Shown piece by piece: positions 13,101 to 21,176 of a DNA stretch of 64,000 nucleotides. This DNA is from a virus. Lineage: Duplodnaviria > Caudoviricetes. The position numbers were made by a program, and so were the translations under genes. Numbering within the stretch: position 1 is the stretch's first letter; every line of letters starts with the position of its first letter. The notes beneath the pieces are model-generated. The model saw only the letters and a program-made list of their open reading frames with translations. It had not been told where the DNA came from and ran no database searches. Location of the stretch: IMG/VR virus record IMGVR_UViG_3300014204_013734, positions 224,001 to 288,000 of that record; one strand, 5' to 3'.

Positions 13101-15889
13101 GTTGGTGCCCCTTGCAATTCCCAACGGTTGTGTCCTGGAATACGACAACATTTGTTTTGGAATTGTCGGATATGGCTCTTCTCCCGACGCCTGTTCCCAC
13201 TACTTGGGGCGTGCGGGATGTTGGATTCCCTCCGGCTCCTGGCTATGTTTATATCCTTCTGAATCCCGAAGACTTGAAGACGGTAGATCCTCTCGGGACG
13301 CCGGAAGAGTATGCCATTGCATGGGCAAAATTCCAGAAGGCAGTTTTGCGGCTCAGATACACATCCCTGATTCCAGCCAGCAATGAAATGGTCATTGATG
13401 CGACAGCTTGCGTTTTTGCCGACGGTGCTGCCATCTCTTTAGCAGACCTTAATAGTTTGATGTCTGGTGCAACCTGTCAGGTTTCCGGCATGCAGGTGTG
13501 GCCCATCAACGTGTCGGGGGCCGAATATGGGCTTCCTGACGATAACGTAGTCGGCTACGATAATGGCGGTGCAATCCAGATGGGTTTTGAAATGGTGACA
13601 TTGACTCGGGGGGCTGGCACTACTCCCATTGTGTTGACATTCCCAGGCAATTTCGTCCCCCGTCTCGGGACCCCGATCCCCCCCAACGTCTTTGATGCTT
13701 ACGAGCACGCTCCGGTTTATGATAGGGTAGTTTGCGGCGCCACGGTTGACGGCATTTTGGCGGCGGATTGGAAGGACTTGAATGTTCCTGCGACGGCCAT
13801 CAAGTATGCTACCGCAATTGTCAATTGCATCCTGCCCGGCACGACTGCCGCCATTGCTGACTTGACTGTTTCCCCACCGGATCCAAAACATCACGCTGTG
13901 GCCGGCATCTATTTCCAACCGGCTTTTCCGCGTCAAGCGTTGGATTTGATTGCTGATCATCCCAGGGTCGTAGATGCGCAATGGTCATTGCCGTTGCCGG
14001 ATCCGTTACCAGACCCGAACCGTGAACTTGGGATGCGGGATTCTGTGTCCTATTCAATGGGTGTCGCTCCCGTAGTTCCTTCGGAAATTGAATTTACGAT
14101 TCGCCGAATTCGGCGTTTCCATTCCATAGAGGGCATTGACCTTAAGCTTGAACCTTTACGGCATGTTTGGGAAATTAGGAGGGGCAGAATCACCGCTTAC
14201 ACATCTGACAAGCAGCGTGGGGTTGTGACTGCTCGCCAGTTCACAATGGACTTTGACATCGGACGTGTCCCAGGGGACCCCAAGACGCCTGATGTCTGGA
14301 ATGACGGGAAGACATATAGCGGGACAAATTTGGGTTTGTTCACGGATACAGATACCAATATCCACGCTGGGGATATGTTCCGGCTTCTGGCTTCTGATGG
14401 TACGTTGCTGGAAGAAACCCGCATTGAAACGATCCTGAATGGTTGGACCCTTCGCCTTGCATCCCCGGGATTGGTGTCCGTTGCCCCTGGCAGCCTCGTA
14501 GGGATGCGTTTTGAAGTGTGGTTGCATCAAATGCCGGTTCCTCAGGAACAATCGTGTGAACAGATTCTTGATCTGATTACGGACAGTGAAGTGTGCCGGA
14601 CCGATGCTACGTGGGGGGGCGTTGATGAACAGGGAGGTTACGTCCCTGAATACGATTCTTTGATTCCTTGGACAGACCAAACGAATCTGCTGTTTGATGA
14701 CTTGAATGCTGACGGTACAACCCCCAGTAAGACATTTGGTGGGTTGGGTGTTCAGGTTGGTGACATTGTTATCGTTGACCCCTTGGGTACGATTCCCATG
14801 AAGGGGGGGTTGCCGGTTATTCAGGAAAAGGGCGTCCGACCCATCGGGGACGAAGGGGTTCCAGGTCGCAAGGGTTGGATGGGTGGCGTAGATGGTGTGG
14901 ATACTTTCCGGGCGGGTTTTCCGTCAGCTTTGGACGACAACCGGGGATTCTGGAGGGTTGTTAAAGTTGCGGATTCTGAAAGCGGTGCGGCTCCCCACTT
15001 GATTCTTGATCCTCTGAACACCTTTTCCGGGGATTTGGATGCAAATGTCGTGTTTGATCCAACGGATGTCCGACGTGCTTACGCTGTCGTTCCTACCGTA
15101 TCGGCGTCTATGCTGAATCGTGCTGATCCCGATCCTGACACTTGGTTAGAACGACAGATGGATCTTCGTCCCACGAAAGCCAGGAACGCCGTTACCGGAC
15201 GGTTTTCTACGACGCCTCCTACATGGCATTCCATCAGACCTTTTTCCTACAGGATCATCCGTCCATCTTCCTTGTTTTCTACAGAATCCCTTGATCTGGC
15301 GTTGCATACCAGGGAGAGGATGCTGTCTTTGATTGAATTGGTTGGGCGTGGGTTTGATGACAAGAACGGGAATTGGTGGGATTTCCAAAACTTCCTGCAT
15401 GTTCACGACCTGGGGTTTACTTGGAATCCTGAATCCGGGCTCGGGGTGTTGCGGAACGTTCAAGTCATGGCGGTTCTTGGGAGGACGGATGTGACTCCAT
15501 TCATGAACAATGAAGGATGTCTGTCTTTCTTGGACCGACGTTTCTGGATTTTGGACAAAAGGTTGGATAATCTTGTTCCGTCTGAACTGGCAGACCATAG
15601 GCCTTACGGCATGAAGATTGCCGACCATGCGGCGCCGCCGGAATCGTATACGGCGTGGGATGATATTTCAGGTTCCAAGGTTCGTCCCGTACTGCCTGAA
15701 CGCATTGACGAAGTGTTGGATCAGCGAGACCGATTCAGACCCATCAGGTATGTGTGGCTTGCTTACCGGACACACGAGATATTAGGTACGTTGGCGGCGA
15801 TCACACGTTTTGATGTGGAACTGCCAGAACGGCGTGTCCAGCAGTTGGAAGCTCTTCTCAAACTCCTGACTCTGGAGAATGCAACATGA
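4178..15889 (+). CDS. Giant virion structural protein (3903 aa)
   Basis: Uninterrupted 11.7-kb ORF rich in Pro/Gly/Asp/Val/Thr. It contains small modules shared with the wedge proteins (FSDPSVNF...GSYTV; AEEVAASID...AAALGF). Confidence 0.75.
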   Translation: MFRFTGQVLEGVRVSPANQPTTEEPSDGVVRDVREVPGTYITKPGAPSFIDARADQWRAAVIDAPGTTPQEWLVWAENTSQLALVDDPDWWTSQGLGTIPENGVLDVPDVKTFEIHTDGSSKFLVTDDGNRSIGTVLLFVAARGDVDYDDNGWEDPNNPSAGRKGDNPYPWWFVDTTDQNPVSGVVTLSAAQLVVLGGGLSPSRGDSLVEVRYTIAPSRFWWTKNDRYETRFGWNGKTQRWEPWKGSPVKNLGLLLLDQTTFHMDPKVRNLPVGSFLPGDLVVPDSWSMIRLGSDPGVTSIPVAPDSSGASDFSGVLVQPDSEIADFDFGLVPDVAGVMGQSGGELSFNPAFVRKHAGKTVWYSYRGFSESETGVVGKLLDAKTTSLFLAPLPGPTDFPIIRFGNRTPVAVQLFLTDADMNLAVSPSAGVVYVSLATGRLVISQADLAKSDPDNVTAFDKQWYGADVIYDGVALNQIPQPSSYPVPLVDIFGNPQLCGPDVDFYIPDASMLPGLGLSGILQVSDRTGSVPMAGVVGTRPGGDNPGDANTGLIRSLSDGVGDTILFSKTHALTNIRTVTLPADLPDPGKVRTGWATVCLKNASLPGLPGLSQVILSKTDIQAFADDYVYFLQSSFTPAVYTTTARIYSRNRDIFRFDGTEVFHFAFTTPLIWNSASLISAFPEKDFFTAEEVAASIDAIIPPGDGRSWALNGRIILEADDPDTGTVEIGWGVGGVMDLSGAAALGFLPGWKASGGVANRLPDSGAAVGLFRSPLNLDRRLAIPDFAHVERLRGAIVYDSIPPNPFTFLTNPPLEDVAGYDEGVFFNLVNTVQDGDNIRIVSKYLENWSDVVYRFGQGKFDWVTWDAITEPVNRAITTINLGHSGVVQESMRLAPGIPGYLSANVDGEGDVWQDPDNDYIMPQGGITGTATFIRRFGKRVLSGAQGSFSAGAGTFSDPSVNFTDPRWGIQPGFRLKITSSEGEGSYTVSTVSSLSLQVAPLFLVGTTRPATWELFEGFVEDVYDPMLVADVLYQNLSPLPDEPFKVRVLSPLGVVPETASDLATNRPKAEVEGALSSGRPVSVRYGAVAPSVINVASLTWLTKTDLGIISNTGIIVPIGERFDALAFSIQVGTANFSFAAGSLFAVTAFSPDPGDAIECLTVSSGVFPKGQLKFGSLVLSKFPQARVLAVDEFMPPALLLPLQAECDPVTGEINYSQSDMDDFHGIRAYFVEQMITDNDQDVSIQPMTGTCAFFRPLPKGVLVEMAYWASDLEGRKVGNEIVEFLPVFIRNEVAKRDRPNVFTYNASGDTINRVIEPIVFVRGAQQNYGEVNYVVDYTDIGRGRLTFVTYDITDDCDVKVTYAVAEAQGGERVYETSTKPVYRPPFFIKTAQNRFGLHGDRRSEFKAGQLLRIGGECFYVKGVRYFPPVIIPPVVPSELPAYKQPISVSPPPSSGDITAVYIYPPTIQEVGSRAPGRDVFLGITPMAVTPVVDPFGDSPGPYGSPAPVPTDAALGIMFDLDLTDFPFEPVNRGQTTIVFKGDLTRFSVPGHILEIGGVPYTISGADLTVDGSRTNVSLTSGIRKSFTVDMAPPVRLTWRPIYPPNCRTFLGVGPFVQEEGWELVLWGESGPNGENPGRTLVPNSEYVIDQNSGAITLLEPFQNAMNAPQRLSLSYTLLRGLQPWVKDGVVGKPSWTALYLHSESPSEENGILGGTLAATYTFRNPDTFYVRSAPLEQLIVDVTAEVVQEINSKQPASSAPKPVGKPSNWNQGRVGLRTERKHLTDKDRVARTFLDFYNTAINAFEQIEETISGDIIGDSDGKFRHWVGRGKEWFTPGYEDPITGVLTRRDIWTEVFSEWLLPGTCVYFQPTDPIVDPWSFTLTDGVIDGETPDLDFVQSLMDTQKSRVRNEVDDYVLSGTYSRRSRRDGYPYFKHILRGRFSPMFMRHKYSRLFPTWTKTFLRTNPGLDSNPAAGDPGFFTAGRYFYDSKRGEKIVRKTTGDDIGQVQNPVLGDITSVNAITLFKRRASARVWGYFPDGIAAGAFGTVGGIPVPAVPVLGPCFVATPLSLKDFPINPSTGWPDVSQLASVTATGVADLMSGDPDMAIPGFLGGLPTTLPGGLTISTKGDQIALGKPDGTVWRLCDADGGSATSAGIFSLRGIFVNAILYGCIMTLQDGDGNVILDPARVLLAKDDSTGAPADTGVNAATRGDTLMSISKDGAAAPDNPPTSEELEEIAESSDSFRIGFDVSVFRDGRIVDMTFPSVLDPRYFGIKEVLGQNPPEPLSCIGGSVNFTYEGQNPVEVPALNGEALDDSGDRAVPYLKVSNTELDRFEDGGSILADVLKVDTLAVRPLSVGGPWGVWPDEFVGNDGTAMTEPPLPGVTPDDQPGSLMTMEDLGPRKASPPAPAAPWGNGTANVRPHDILFVQVQDIADPTDGPFSAAGLPIKGPQGIQSVGRVRLLETDWNLDPSGVIDPRHGIGSLIETPRFVTRTSPPAAPPLPDTASPVRHAIENALVHVSDPQPPDPPPVTVDGVKIYAYKARQLLIFDLTGTNFTLHDGQTEGVGGLNNLWSGVGAKANNKIVIQPISRKDSNIQWGPGGADVSVLKLGGVVVMTFTIQGTNITTRDYWTHPPGTTTFTNAHFGESIVSVLGGTLPGIVSDQTDPRYIILENVVDTDLLKLWQTPSGAPPHPTSTWFIPYTETADPGFPGTWFQTMNYGEDVSIGVDTTATGESTTAWIDEDRLTFHEAFDLRWMKERGFTHPLNATTILESRFAVKAVTVGQTTVTSFWSDIDTYCNGADSGGNPLPYTFLARAGVIGTWVPRTATVSEDGSVAVMGFEGWQGTTGNIPVLSTLATFSAAPSNEFCWIVNPAGLEQCVPICSGTGVTESRFSIIVGSDQLDDRITSIGVTLGDMARIEPGDVAVVSKSVNATHLATTKAGTYLVRHAIAENIPVIAADQRVTAPSIMLGVSDVGWCPLQFPTVVSWNTTTFVLELSDMALLPTPVPTTWGVRDVGFPPAPGYVYILLNPEDLKTVDPLGTPEEYAIAWAKFQKAVLRLRYTSLIPASNEMVIDATACVFADGAAISLADLNSLMSGATCQVSGMQVWPINVSGAEYGLPDDNVVGYDNGGAIQMGFEMVTLTRGAGTTPIVLTFPGNFVPRLGTPIPPNVFDAYEHAPVYDRVVCGATVDGILAADWKDLNVPATAIKYATAIVNCILPGTTAAIADLTVSPPDPKHHAVAGIYFQPAFPRQALDLIADHPRVVDAQWSLPLPDPLPDPNRELGMRDSVSYSMGVAPVVPSEIEFTIRRIRRFHSIEGIDLKLEPLRHVWEIRRGRITAYTSDKQRGVVTARQFTMDFDIGRVPGDPKTPDVWNDGKTYSGTNLGLFTDTDTNIHAGDMFRLLASDGTLLEETRIETILNGWTLRLASPGLVSVAPGSLVGMRFEVWLHQMPVPQEQSCEQILDLITDSEVCRTDATWGGVDEQGGYVPEYDSLIPWTDQTNLLFDDLNADGTTPSKTFGGLGVQVGDIVIVDPLGTIPMKGGLPVIQEKGVRPIGDEGVPGRKGWMGGVDGVDTFRAGFPSALDDNRGFWRVVKVADSESGAAPHLILDPLNTFSGDLDANVVFDPTDVRRAYAVVPTVSASMLNRADPDPDTWLERQMDLRPTKARNAVTGRFSTTPPTWHSIRPFSYRIIRPSSLFSTESLDLALHTRERMLSLIELVGRGFDDKNGNWWDFQNFLHVHDLGFTWNPESGLGVLRNVQVMAVLGRTDVTPFMNNEGCLSFLDRRFWILDKRLDNLVPSELADHRPYGMKIADHAAPPESYTAWDDISGSKVRPVLPERIDEVLDQRDRFRPIRYVWLAYRTHEILGTLAAITRFDVELPERRVQQLEALLKLLTLENAT

Positions 15890-16110
15890 CTCCCGAAGAA
15901 ACGGCTGAAAAGTTGAAAGCCCTTGGGATTGATTTCGGGAATTGGGGAACTATGGGAGAACGTATGGTTTCCCCTGTTTCTGTGGGGAAACAGCGTGAAC
16001 TGTTGCTTCAATTTAGAGACATGCTGCAAACATTCGTTGACAAAGATCAGGATCAGGTAGCGAAGCTCAAGGAAAAGATAGCCAGGCTTCAACATGGCGG
16101 AGGAATGTAA
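15886..16110 (+). CDS. Small coiled-coil hypothetical protein (74 aa)
   Basis: ATGA overlap with the upstream stop, a GGAG SD, and TAATG coupling to the next gene. Confidence 0.7.
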   Translation: MTPEETAEKLKALGIDFGNWGTMGERMVSPVSVGKQRELLLQFRDMLQTFVDKDQDQVAKLKEKIARLQHGGGM

Positions 16111-19013
16111 TGTCAGATCAGGCCCAATGGGGAACCCTGACAATCAAGGTTCCTGATTTTCTGGAAAACGCCAAGGATGCTGTCAACAGTGTCGCGGAAT
16201 TCCTTGTCAATATTCTGGACATTGTTATGGCTGCCTTGGATTTGGTCAAGGCATTTCTGTCGGCCTACATCGACCCGATATTGTCCCTCATCCAGAAAAT
16301 CATTGATGAATTGAATTCGTTGATAAGAGACATCCGGCAAATGGGGATATACATTACCGGAGACTGGAAATTGTTCAAATATCCTTTTGATGATTTGCGT
16401 GGAGGTTATTCCGCGTTTGAACGTCGAATGCTTGTTCGTATGACCGATAGGACGGACCCGACCAGACCGGACGTGTCCGGTAATATGAAGGTTCTCGGGT
16501 CTTTCTTTTACTTGTCTGTGGATCTTTCCGAAATGCAGCGGCTTGTTGCATTTATCATGCGCCTGATCGCTTTTTTCAAACAAGATTGGTCCAATACCTC
16601 ACTTCCGACTTGCACGATCACAGAAGTTCGTTACGGAACTGGTACTGTTGATATCCTTCATCCAATGTCCCTCGGGGATGCTTTTCAATTGGACAGCACA
16701 CCGCCGCAGATGGCACAGGTACGATGGAAGATTCGGACGGATGTAGGACAGCAGAATCCGTTCAATCCATTTCCTCCTACTATGTTTGGTCCTGATGGGT
16801 TTCTCGTTACGGTGTCTACCTTCCCGGACGGAATCAAGGTGTGCTATGACAAACCTCAAACGGATACAGACACTCAACCGAGTAATTCTGATCCTTCTGT
16901 GAAGATTCAGCCCAGATCTTACGGTTTGGTAAGAAAGCAAGACGGGCGGCCTCTTGTGTTGCATGGTGGGACGCAATTGCTTACTGTCCCTTCATCCATG
17001 GGATGGAATGAGGCCACAACCGATATAGGTACTTCTCCGGGGAAAGTGCGGGTTTATGGCCAAGGTCCGGCCGCCATGAACGCCCCAATTCCATTGGACG
17101 AAATGGAGGACTTTTTTCAAAGGTCCTTCTGGGTTGACACTACATCAACCGTGTTCCAGTCATTTACGGGGGAGTATTCCATCAATTTTGGTTTGAAAGA
17201 CATGCCGCGGGAAGGGGCTGTGGTCATTGGGTCGGGAAATCAGGTTAGCATTGAACCTGTAACCGGTCCTGATGGGGATAGACGGGCGGGGACGGTTCAT
17301 GTCCGGGTTGCAGCATGCAACAAAGCAGCCTTGGAAAAGACTGTGTGGGATCTATCAAACCCCATGGCTTCCAAACTGGGACCTATGCCTGGAATTCTGG
17401 TTGCCCCGACTGCAGAAGGTGTCAACATTACGGATATCGGGGAATTTTCTTCCCCGCAAAGAGTCACCTTTCCGAACGCTTATACGGCGCAATACTTACA
17501 ATCTGTTCAAGCGGCGTTGGTCGTCCTTTTCCTTAGTCGTCCTGATTTGATTCCTGTCGACCAACTCAAGCAGGTTCTTTCCCCCGATCAGATTGCCCAA
17601 ATGACATCGTCTCCCCCCAGTCTTCTCGTGGCGGGCACCGTTCAATCGGTTTGTGGTTTGGAATCCCTGAAGCAGCTTTTACGGGTTTTGTTTGACGGGG
17701 CTCTGGGTCCGCAGTGGCAGTACAAGCAGCGAGGCGGGCAGCCCCCGTCATTCCGGTTGGCACTGTGGCGCCGGATTATGAAATTCACGCAGGATTTGTA
17801 TGCGCGGACCGGTTCCATGCCTGATGTGGAACGATTCGTTGCAACAAATACTACCTATCTTCGCAATGTTACCTGGGGGGACATCTTGCGTCCTGCATAT
17901 CCTGATCTGGCGGACCAGGTAGCGGATGCCTTCTTGCAGACAAAACTTCTGGATTCCTTGAACGCATCCGGGGAATCGGGGAATGACGGGTCTGTAGTCG
18001 GGAACCTGCAAGGTTCTGGTGTAGCGGTCAATCCCTGGTGTATTGGCATTTCGGACGTTGTGGTAGACGATTTATTTTATGATCCGGAAGCCATTTTGGG
18101 TCGAACCGAGGCGGGGATGTATGAAGCGAAGACGGTAGATCCGGGGATCACCCTTCAGCGGATGGTGCTTGCTGTTGATGCACAAGCGTACATTGCGGAA
18201 CTTCCTTCCGGGCTTCGGGAACGCTACAAGAAGTACATCCAGGAAGATGGTTCTATTCTGGTTCCCGACGAAGACTTCAACGCTTTGGAAGAACAGGTTA
18301 CGACAGGCAAGACGGAAGGTTCTGCCGATTGTTCCCCCGTTGTCTACAACGAAAATGGGGCTAATTCTACCATGGTTTTCTGCCGGGGTTTGCTTGTCAA
18401 CCATGAAGGTCCGACCGGGGTTGGCCAGCTCATCACTGAAACGCAGATTGCTCTCGGTTTAGCAGGGTCTTTGTGGAAACGAACTGATGACGGGGCATGG
18501 ATAGCCATCCGATTCTTTGATATTTTCCCTGGTGTTGACGACTTCTTGGAAACGCTCCGCAACTGGATGGAAGCCATCAAAAAGATGGTTCAGTCCATCG
18601 TTGACACCATCATCAAATATATTGAATGGTTAGAAGCCCGCATCATGGATCTTCAGCAGTTGATTCGAAGGATTAACGCCCTTATCCAATCGCTTCTCGG
18701 ATTCATGTTCCAGATTCCCGCCTGTTCATACATGGCGTGCGTATCAGACGGAACCGGAGGATTGCTGTCGGATTTCATGGGCGCCCGCAACAAACCGGGG
18801 GACAGTCCTTTGGCTTACGGGGCTGGGATTGCTTTGGTTGTACCCTTTTGTCCTTCTTTCCTTTACGATTTGTTTTCGGCGTTCTTTGCCCCGGAACCAG
18901 GGCAGGAACCTTCTGGGGTCTTAGCTGCTCCGGCTCCTCCCGATATGATTCCGCTTAACGGTTTGGCACCCCCGGCGGGGGAAAGTCAGGATGATCCTCC
19001 TGACATTTTGTGA
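16110..19013 (+). CDS. Virion protein with N- and C-terminal amphipathic helical regions (967 aa)
   Basis: GGAGG SD and TAATG overlap. Heptad-like amphipathic helices at both ends. Confidence 0.7.
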   Translation: MSDQAQWGTLTIKVPDFLENAKDAVNSVAEFLVNILDIVMAALDLVKAFLSAYIDPILSLIQKIIDELNSLIRDIRQMGIYITGDWKLFKYPFDDLRGGYSAFERRMLVRMTDRTDPTRPDVSGNMKVLGSFFYLSVDLSEMQRLVAFIMRLIAFFKQDWSNTSLPTCTITEVRYGTGTVDILHPMSLGDAFQLDSTPPQMAQVRWKIRTDVGQQNPFNPFPPTMFGPDGFLVTVSTFPDGIKVCYDKPQTDTDTQPSNSDPSVKIQPRSYGLVRKQDGRPLVLHGGTQLLTVPSSMGWNEATTDIGTSPGKVRVYGQGPAAMNAPIPLDEMEDFFQRSFWVDTTSTVFQSFTGEYSINFGLKDMPREGAVVIGSGNQVSIEPVTGPDGDRRAGTVHVRVAACNKAALEKTVWDLSNPMASKLGPMPGILVAPTAEGVNITDIGEFSSPQRVTFPNAYTAQYLQSVQAALVVLFLSRPDLIPVDQLKQVLSPDQIAQMTSSPPSLLVAGTVQSVCGLESLKQLLRVLFDGALGPQWQYKQRGGQPPSFRLALWRRIMKFTQDLYARTGSMPDVERFVATNTTYLRNVTWGDILRPAYPDLADQVADAFLQTKLLDSLNASGESGNDGSVVGNLQGSGVAVNPWCIGISDVVVDDLFYDPEAILGRTEAGMYEAKTVDPGITLQRMVLAVDAQAYIAELPSGLRERYKKYIQEDGSILVPDEDFNALEEQVTTGKTEGSADCSPVVYNENGANSTMVFCRGLLVNHEGPTGVGQLITETQIALGLAGSLWKRTDDGAWIAIRFFDIFPGVDDFLETLRNWMEAIKKMVQSIVDTIIKYIEWLEARIMDLQQLIRRINALIQSLLGFMFQIPACSYMACVSDGTGGLLSDFMGARNKPGDSPLAYGAGIALVVPFCPSFLYDLFSAFFAPEPGQEPSGVLAAPAPPDMIPLNGLAPPAGESQDDPPDIL

Positions 19014-19025
19014 AAGGGAAAATCC

Positions 19026-19934
19026 ATGTCTTCGTTCAGTAAGATGGGGATCTGGCCGGTCGGATATTGCCGGGCTATTACCAGTTGGCTTCTTCGAAAT
19101 CGAAAGGAAGTTGCCGCTCGTATTGACACGATCACCGCTGAAATAGCTCGGATTGGGTTCGTCAAGGTCAAATACCAAACGAAGACTGATCCGGTCACTG
19201 GCGCACAGGAACCTACCGAAGTCCGGATTGCTGTTTCGGTTACTCCGGGATCGTCCTTGGGGATGCTCATGCGGGCATACATAGCTAACGGGGGGAATCC
19301 ATTAGACATTTCGCCATTTTCTCATCCCGATGGGACAACCGTTTCTGTTGGTCCCGGCGATGAAGCCGTATCGTCTTTTGCCTATCCTCACGGGGGTGTT
19401 GTTGCCCCATTGTCTGCGGAACCCATGGAAAACGTAGAAGTTATGGTTGATGGCCCGGACGGAAATCCGGTAGACTCCGGGTTCGGGCAGGACCGGGGAG
19501 GCTGGCTGAATACCGACCGGTATTATCCTGCCAGACAGGGAGGTCGGGCGGATAGAGGTTCCTGGGATTCGGATAGCATCGTCAAGGCAATTCACCATAC
19601 TCGTCAATGGGCCAACCAGGAAATCAAAGAACGGCTTCAAGACCTTGAATGGCGGATCATCAAGTTGTGTGATTTACGGGAACAACTGATCCGGGAAAGG
19701 GATGAAATTCTGGTTCAGGCGTTCGGCGGGGTGCTTCGGGGGGTAAAATCCTTTGACCAGGGTCGGTTTAATCCTGATTTGTTGGTCCAGAACGTGGTGA
19801 ATCTGCTTTATTATCAGATTTACGAAACGGATGGGAAAGGGCTCGTTTCGACCAAAGCAAGCAAGAAAATTGGATTGTTGCCCTTTACCTTTGAAGACCT
19901 TCCGTCAGAGTTGCGAGATCCGATGGGTTGCTGA
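19026..19934 (+). CDS. Hypothetical protein with coiled-coil segments (302 aa)
   Basis: AAGGG SD. C-terminal coiled coil (EIKERLQDLEWRIIKLCDLREQL). Confidence 0.7.
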   Translation: MSSFSKMGIWPVGYCRAITSWLLRNRKEVAARIDTITAEIARIGFVKVKYQTKTDPVTGAQEPTEVRIAVSVTPGSSLGMLMRAYIANGGNPLDISPFSHPDGTTVSVGPGDEAVSSFAYPHGGVVAPLSAEPMENVEVMVDGPDGNPVDSGFGQDRGGWLNTDRYYPARQGGRADRGSWDSDSIVKAIHHTRQWANQEIKERLQDLEWRIIKLCDLREQLIRERDEILVQAFGGVLRGVKSFDQGRFNPDLLVQNVVNLLYYQIYETDGKGLVSTKASKKIGLLPFTFEDLPSELRDPMGC

Positions 19935-19941
19935 TTCCCGG

Positions 19942-19964
19942 TCAGGAGGTTATGGAAAACCCTT
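19942..19964 (+). promoter_or_regulatory. Recurring intergenic motif copy 1, putative late promoter
   Basis: TCA-GGAGGT-TATGG-AAAA-CCCTT, with the same spacing as the copies at 26087 and 35758. Confidence 0.45.
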
Positions 19965-19995
19965 ATTTGAAGTTTCTTGTCAAAGGGGTTTTTTG

Positions 19996-21174
19996 ATGTC
20001 ATCAGATGTACGACTTGCGTGGGTTTGCCCCCACCGGACTTTAGAAGAAGTGGTCGCCTTGCAGGCGGATCGCCGATCCTTGCCGACTCGACAACCAATA
20101 GCTGGAGCCGGGTCTGTTCGTATCACGGCAAATGACGAAGTGCTTATTCCCCAAGGGGGTTTGTTCGTGTCGGCGCAGTTGTCCGGGACCGTGTCAGGAC
20201 CTTTTGACCTTGTGGCCGGAGATGATCGGGTTACGGTGACTACCCCAGCGGGTTCGGAAACGGTTTCTTTGGGTGTGTTGGGAACTACCCGTTTGTCTAC
20301 GGACCAAGTTATTAAAAAATTCCAACAGGCTAATTTCCAAGTCGCTTTGTTGGAAAACATCAACGGGCATTTGGTTTTTTCAGATATTTCTACGGTTGGA
20401 CCTGATTCTTTTGTTCGCATGGACGGTCCGGCGGCGTATGCCCTTGGGTTTGGTTCTATTTCCTGTGGGCCTGGCGACCGGCAACGGATTGCTCGGGGGC
20501 GTCAGGCGTATCCAGGTTGGGGCCTTCAGGTCAGGCAAGACACGATCACGAATCGTTATCCGGTGTTCAATTTCCCCGTGACGGCAAACCCGGTCTTTAA
20601 GGTGTCTTACACGGCGCCTAAAAACCGTTGCTTGCGATGTGGAGGAATGGGCACTGAAAACGATTGGCGCTTCGGGGAAGATGGGCAGATAATCCGAGTA
20701 GAAAATGAAAACCTGCTTTATCAAGCATGCCTGAAAATTCTACTGACTAATCGGGGTAGCAACCCTTATCATACGTGGTACGGTACGACTTTACAAAGTC
20801 GTATTGGGGCCAAGGCGGTCAGTGGCATGTCTTCGCTGATAAGTGAGGATGTCAGAACAGCCTTGGTTAAATTTCAGAATCTTCAGGAACAACAAGCCAA
20901 ATATCAGGTTGTTACATTCAAGGAACGCTTGTATGCCGTCACGTCAGTGCAAGCTACGCCACACACGCAGGATCCAACCACATGGTTGGTAGATGTGTCG
21001 GTTCAGAACGCGTCCGGCGAACCAATTACGTTGAATATTGTTTATACGGTGCCTGGTGTTGTTGCTTTGATGGGTTCAAACGGTCTTTTTATGAATAGTG
21101 ATTCCGCAAGTTTGGATACGGGACTTGTGTCTGTTCCTGGGCAATTGGTCGTTGATGGGATTCTTGTGAGGTGA
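19996..21174 (+). CDS. gp25-like baseplate wedge protein with a long N-terminal extension
   Basis: C-terminal gp25/GPW-like pattern (LYQACLKILLTNRGSNPYHTWYGTTLQSRIG...LVDVSVQN). Start reassigned from 19831 to ATG 19996, which has an AAGGGG SD and avoids the 100-nt overlap. Confidence 0.7.
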   Translation: MSSDVRLAWVCPHRTLEEVVALQADRRSLPTRQPIAGAGSVRITANDEVLIPQGGLFVSAQLSGTVSGPFDLVAGDDRVTVTTPAGSETVSLGVLGTTRLSTDQVIKKFQQANFQVALLENINGHLVFSDISTVGPDSFVRMDGPAAYALGFGSISCGPGDRQRIARGRQAYPGWGLQVRQDTITNRYPVFNFPVTANPVFKVSYTAPKNRCLRCGGMGTENDWRFGEDGQIIRVENENLLYQACLKILLTNRGSNPYHTWYGTTLQSRIGAKAVSGMSSLISEDVRTALVKFQNLQEQQAKYQVVTFKERLYAVTSVQATPHTQDPTTWLVDVSVQNASGEPITLNIVYTVPGVVALMGSNGLFMNSDSASLDTGLVSVPGQLVVDGILVR

Positions 21175-21176
21175 CC

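Noticed and set aside
19944-19996. 14-codon mini-ORF MENPYLKFLVKGVF (19952-19996) with AGGAGG and a TGATG overlap to the gp25-like gene
   Set aside because: The SD is only 2 nt from the ATG, and the ATG is part of the recurring TATGG motif. It cannot be supported without ribosome profiling.
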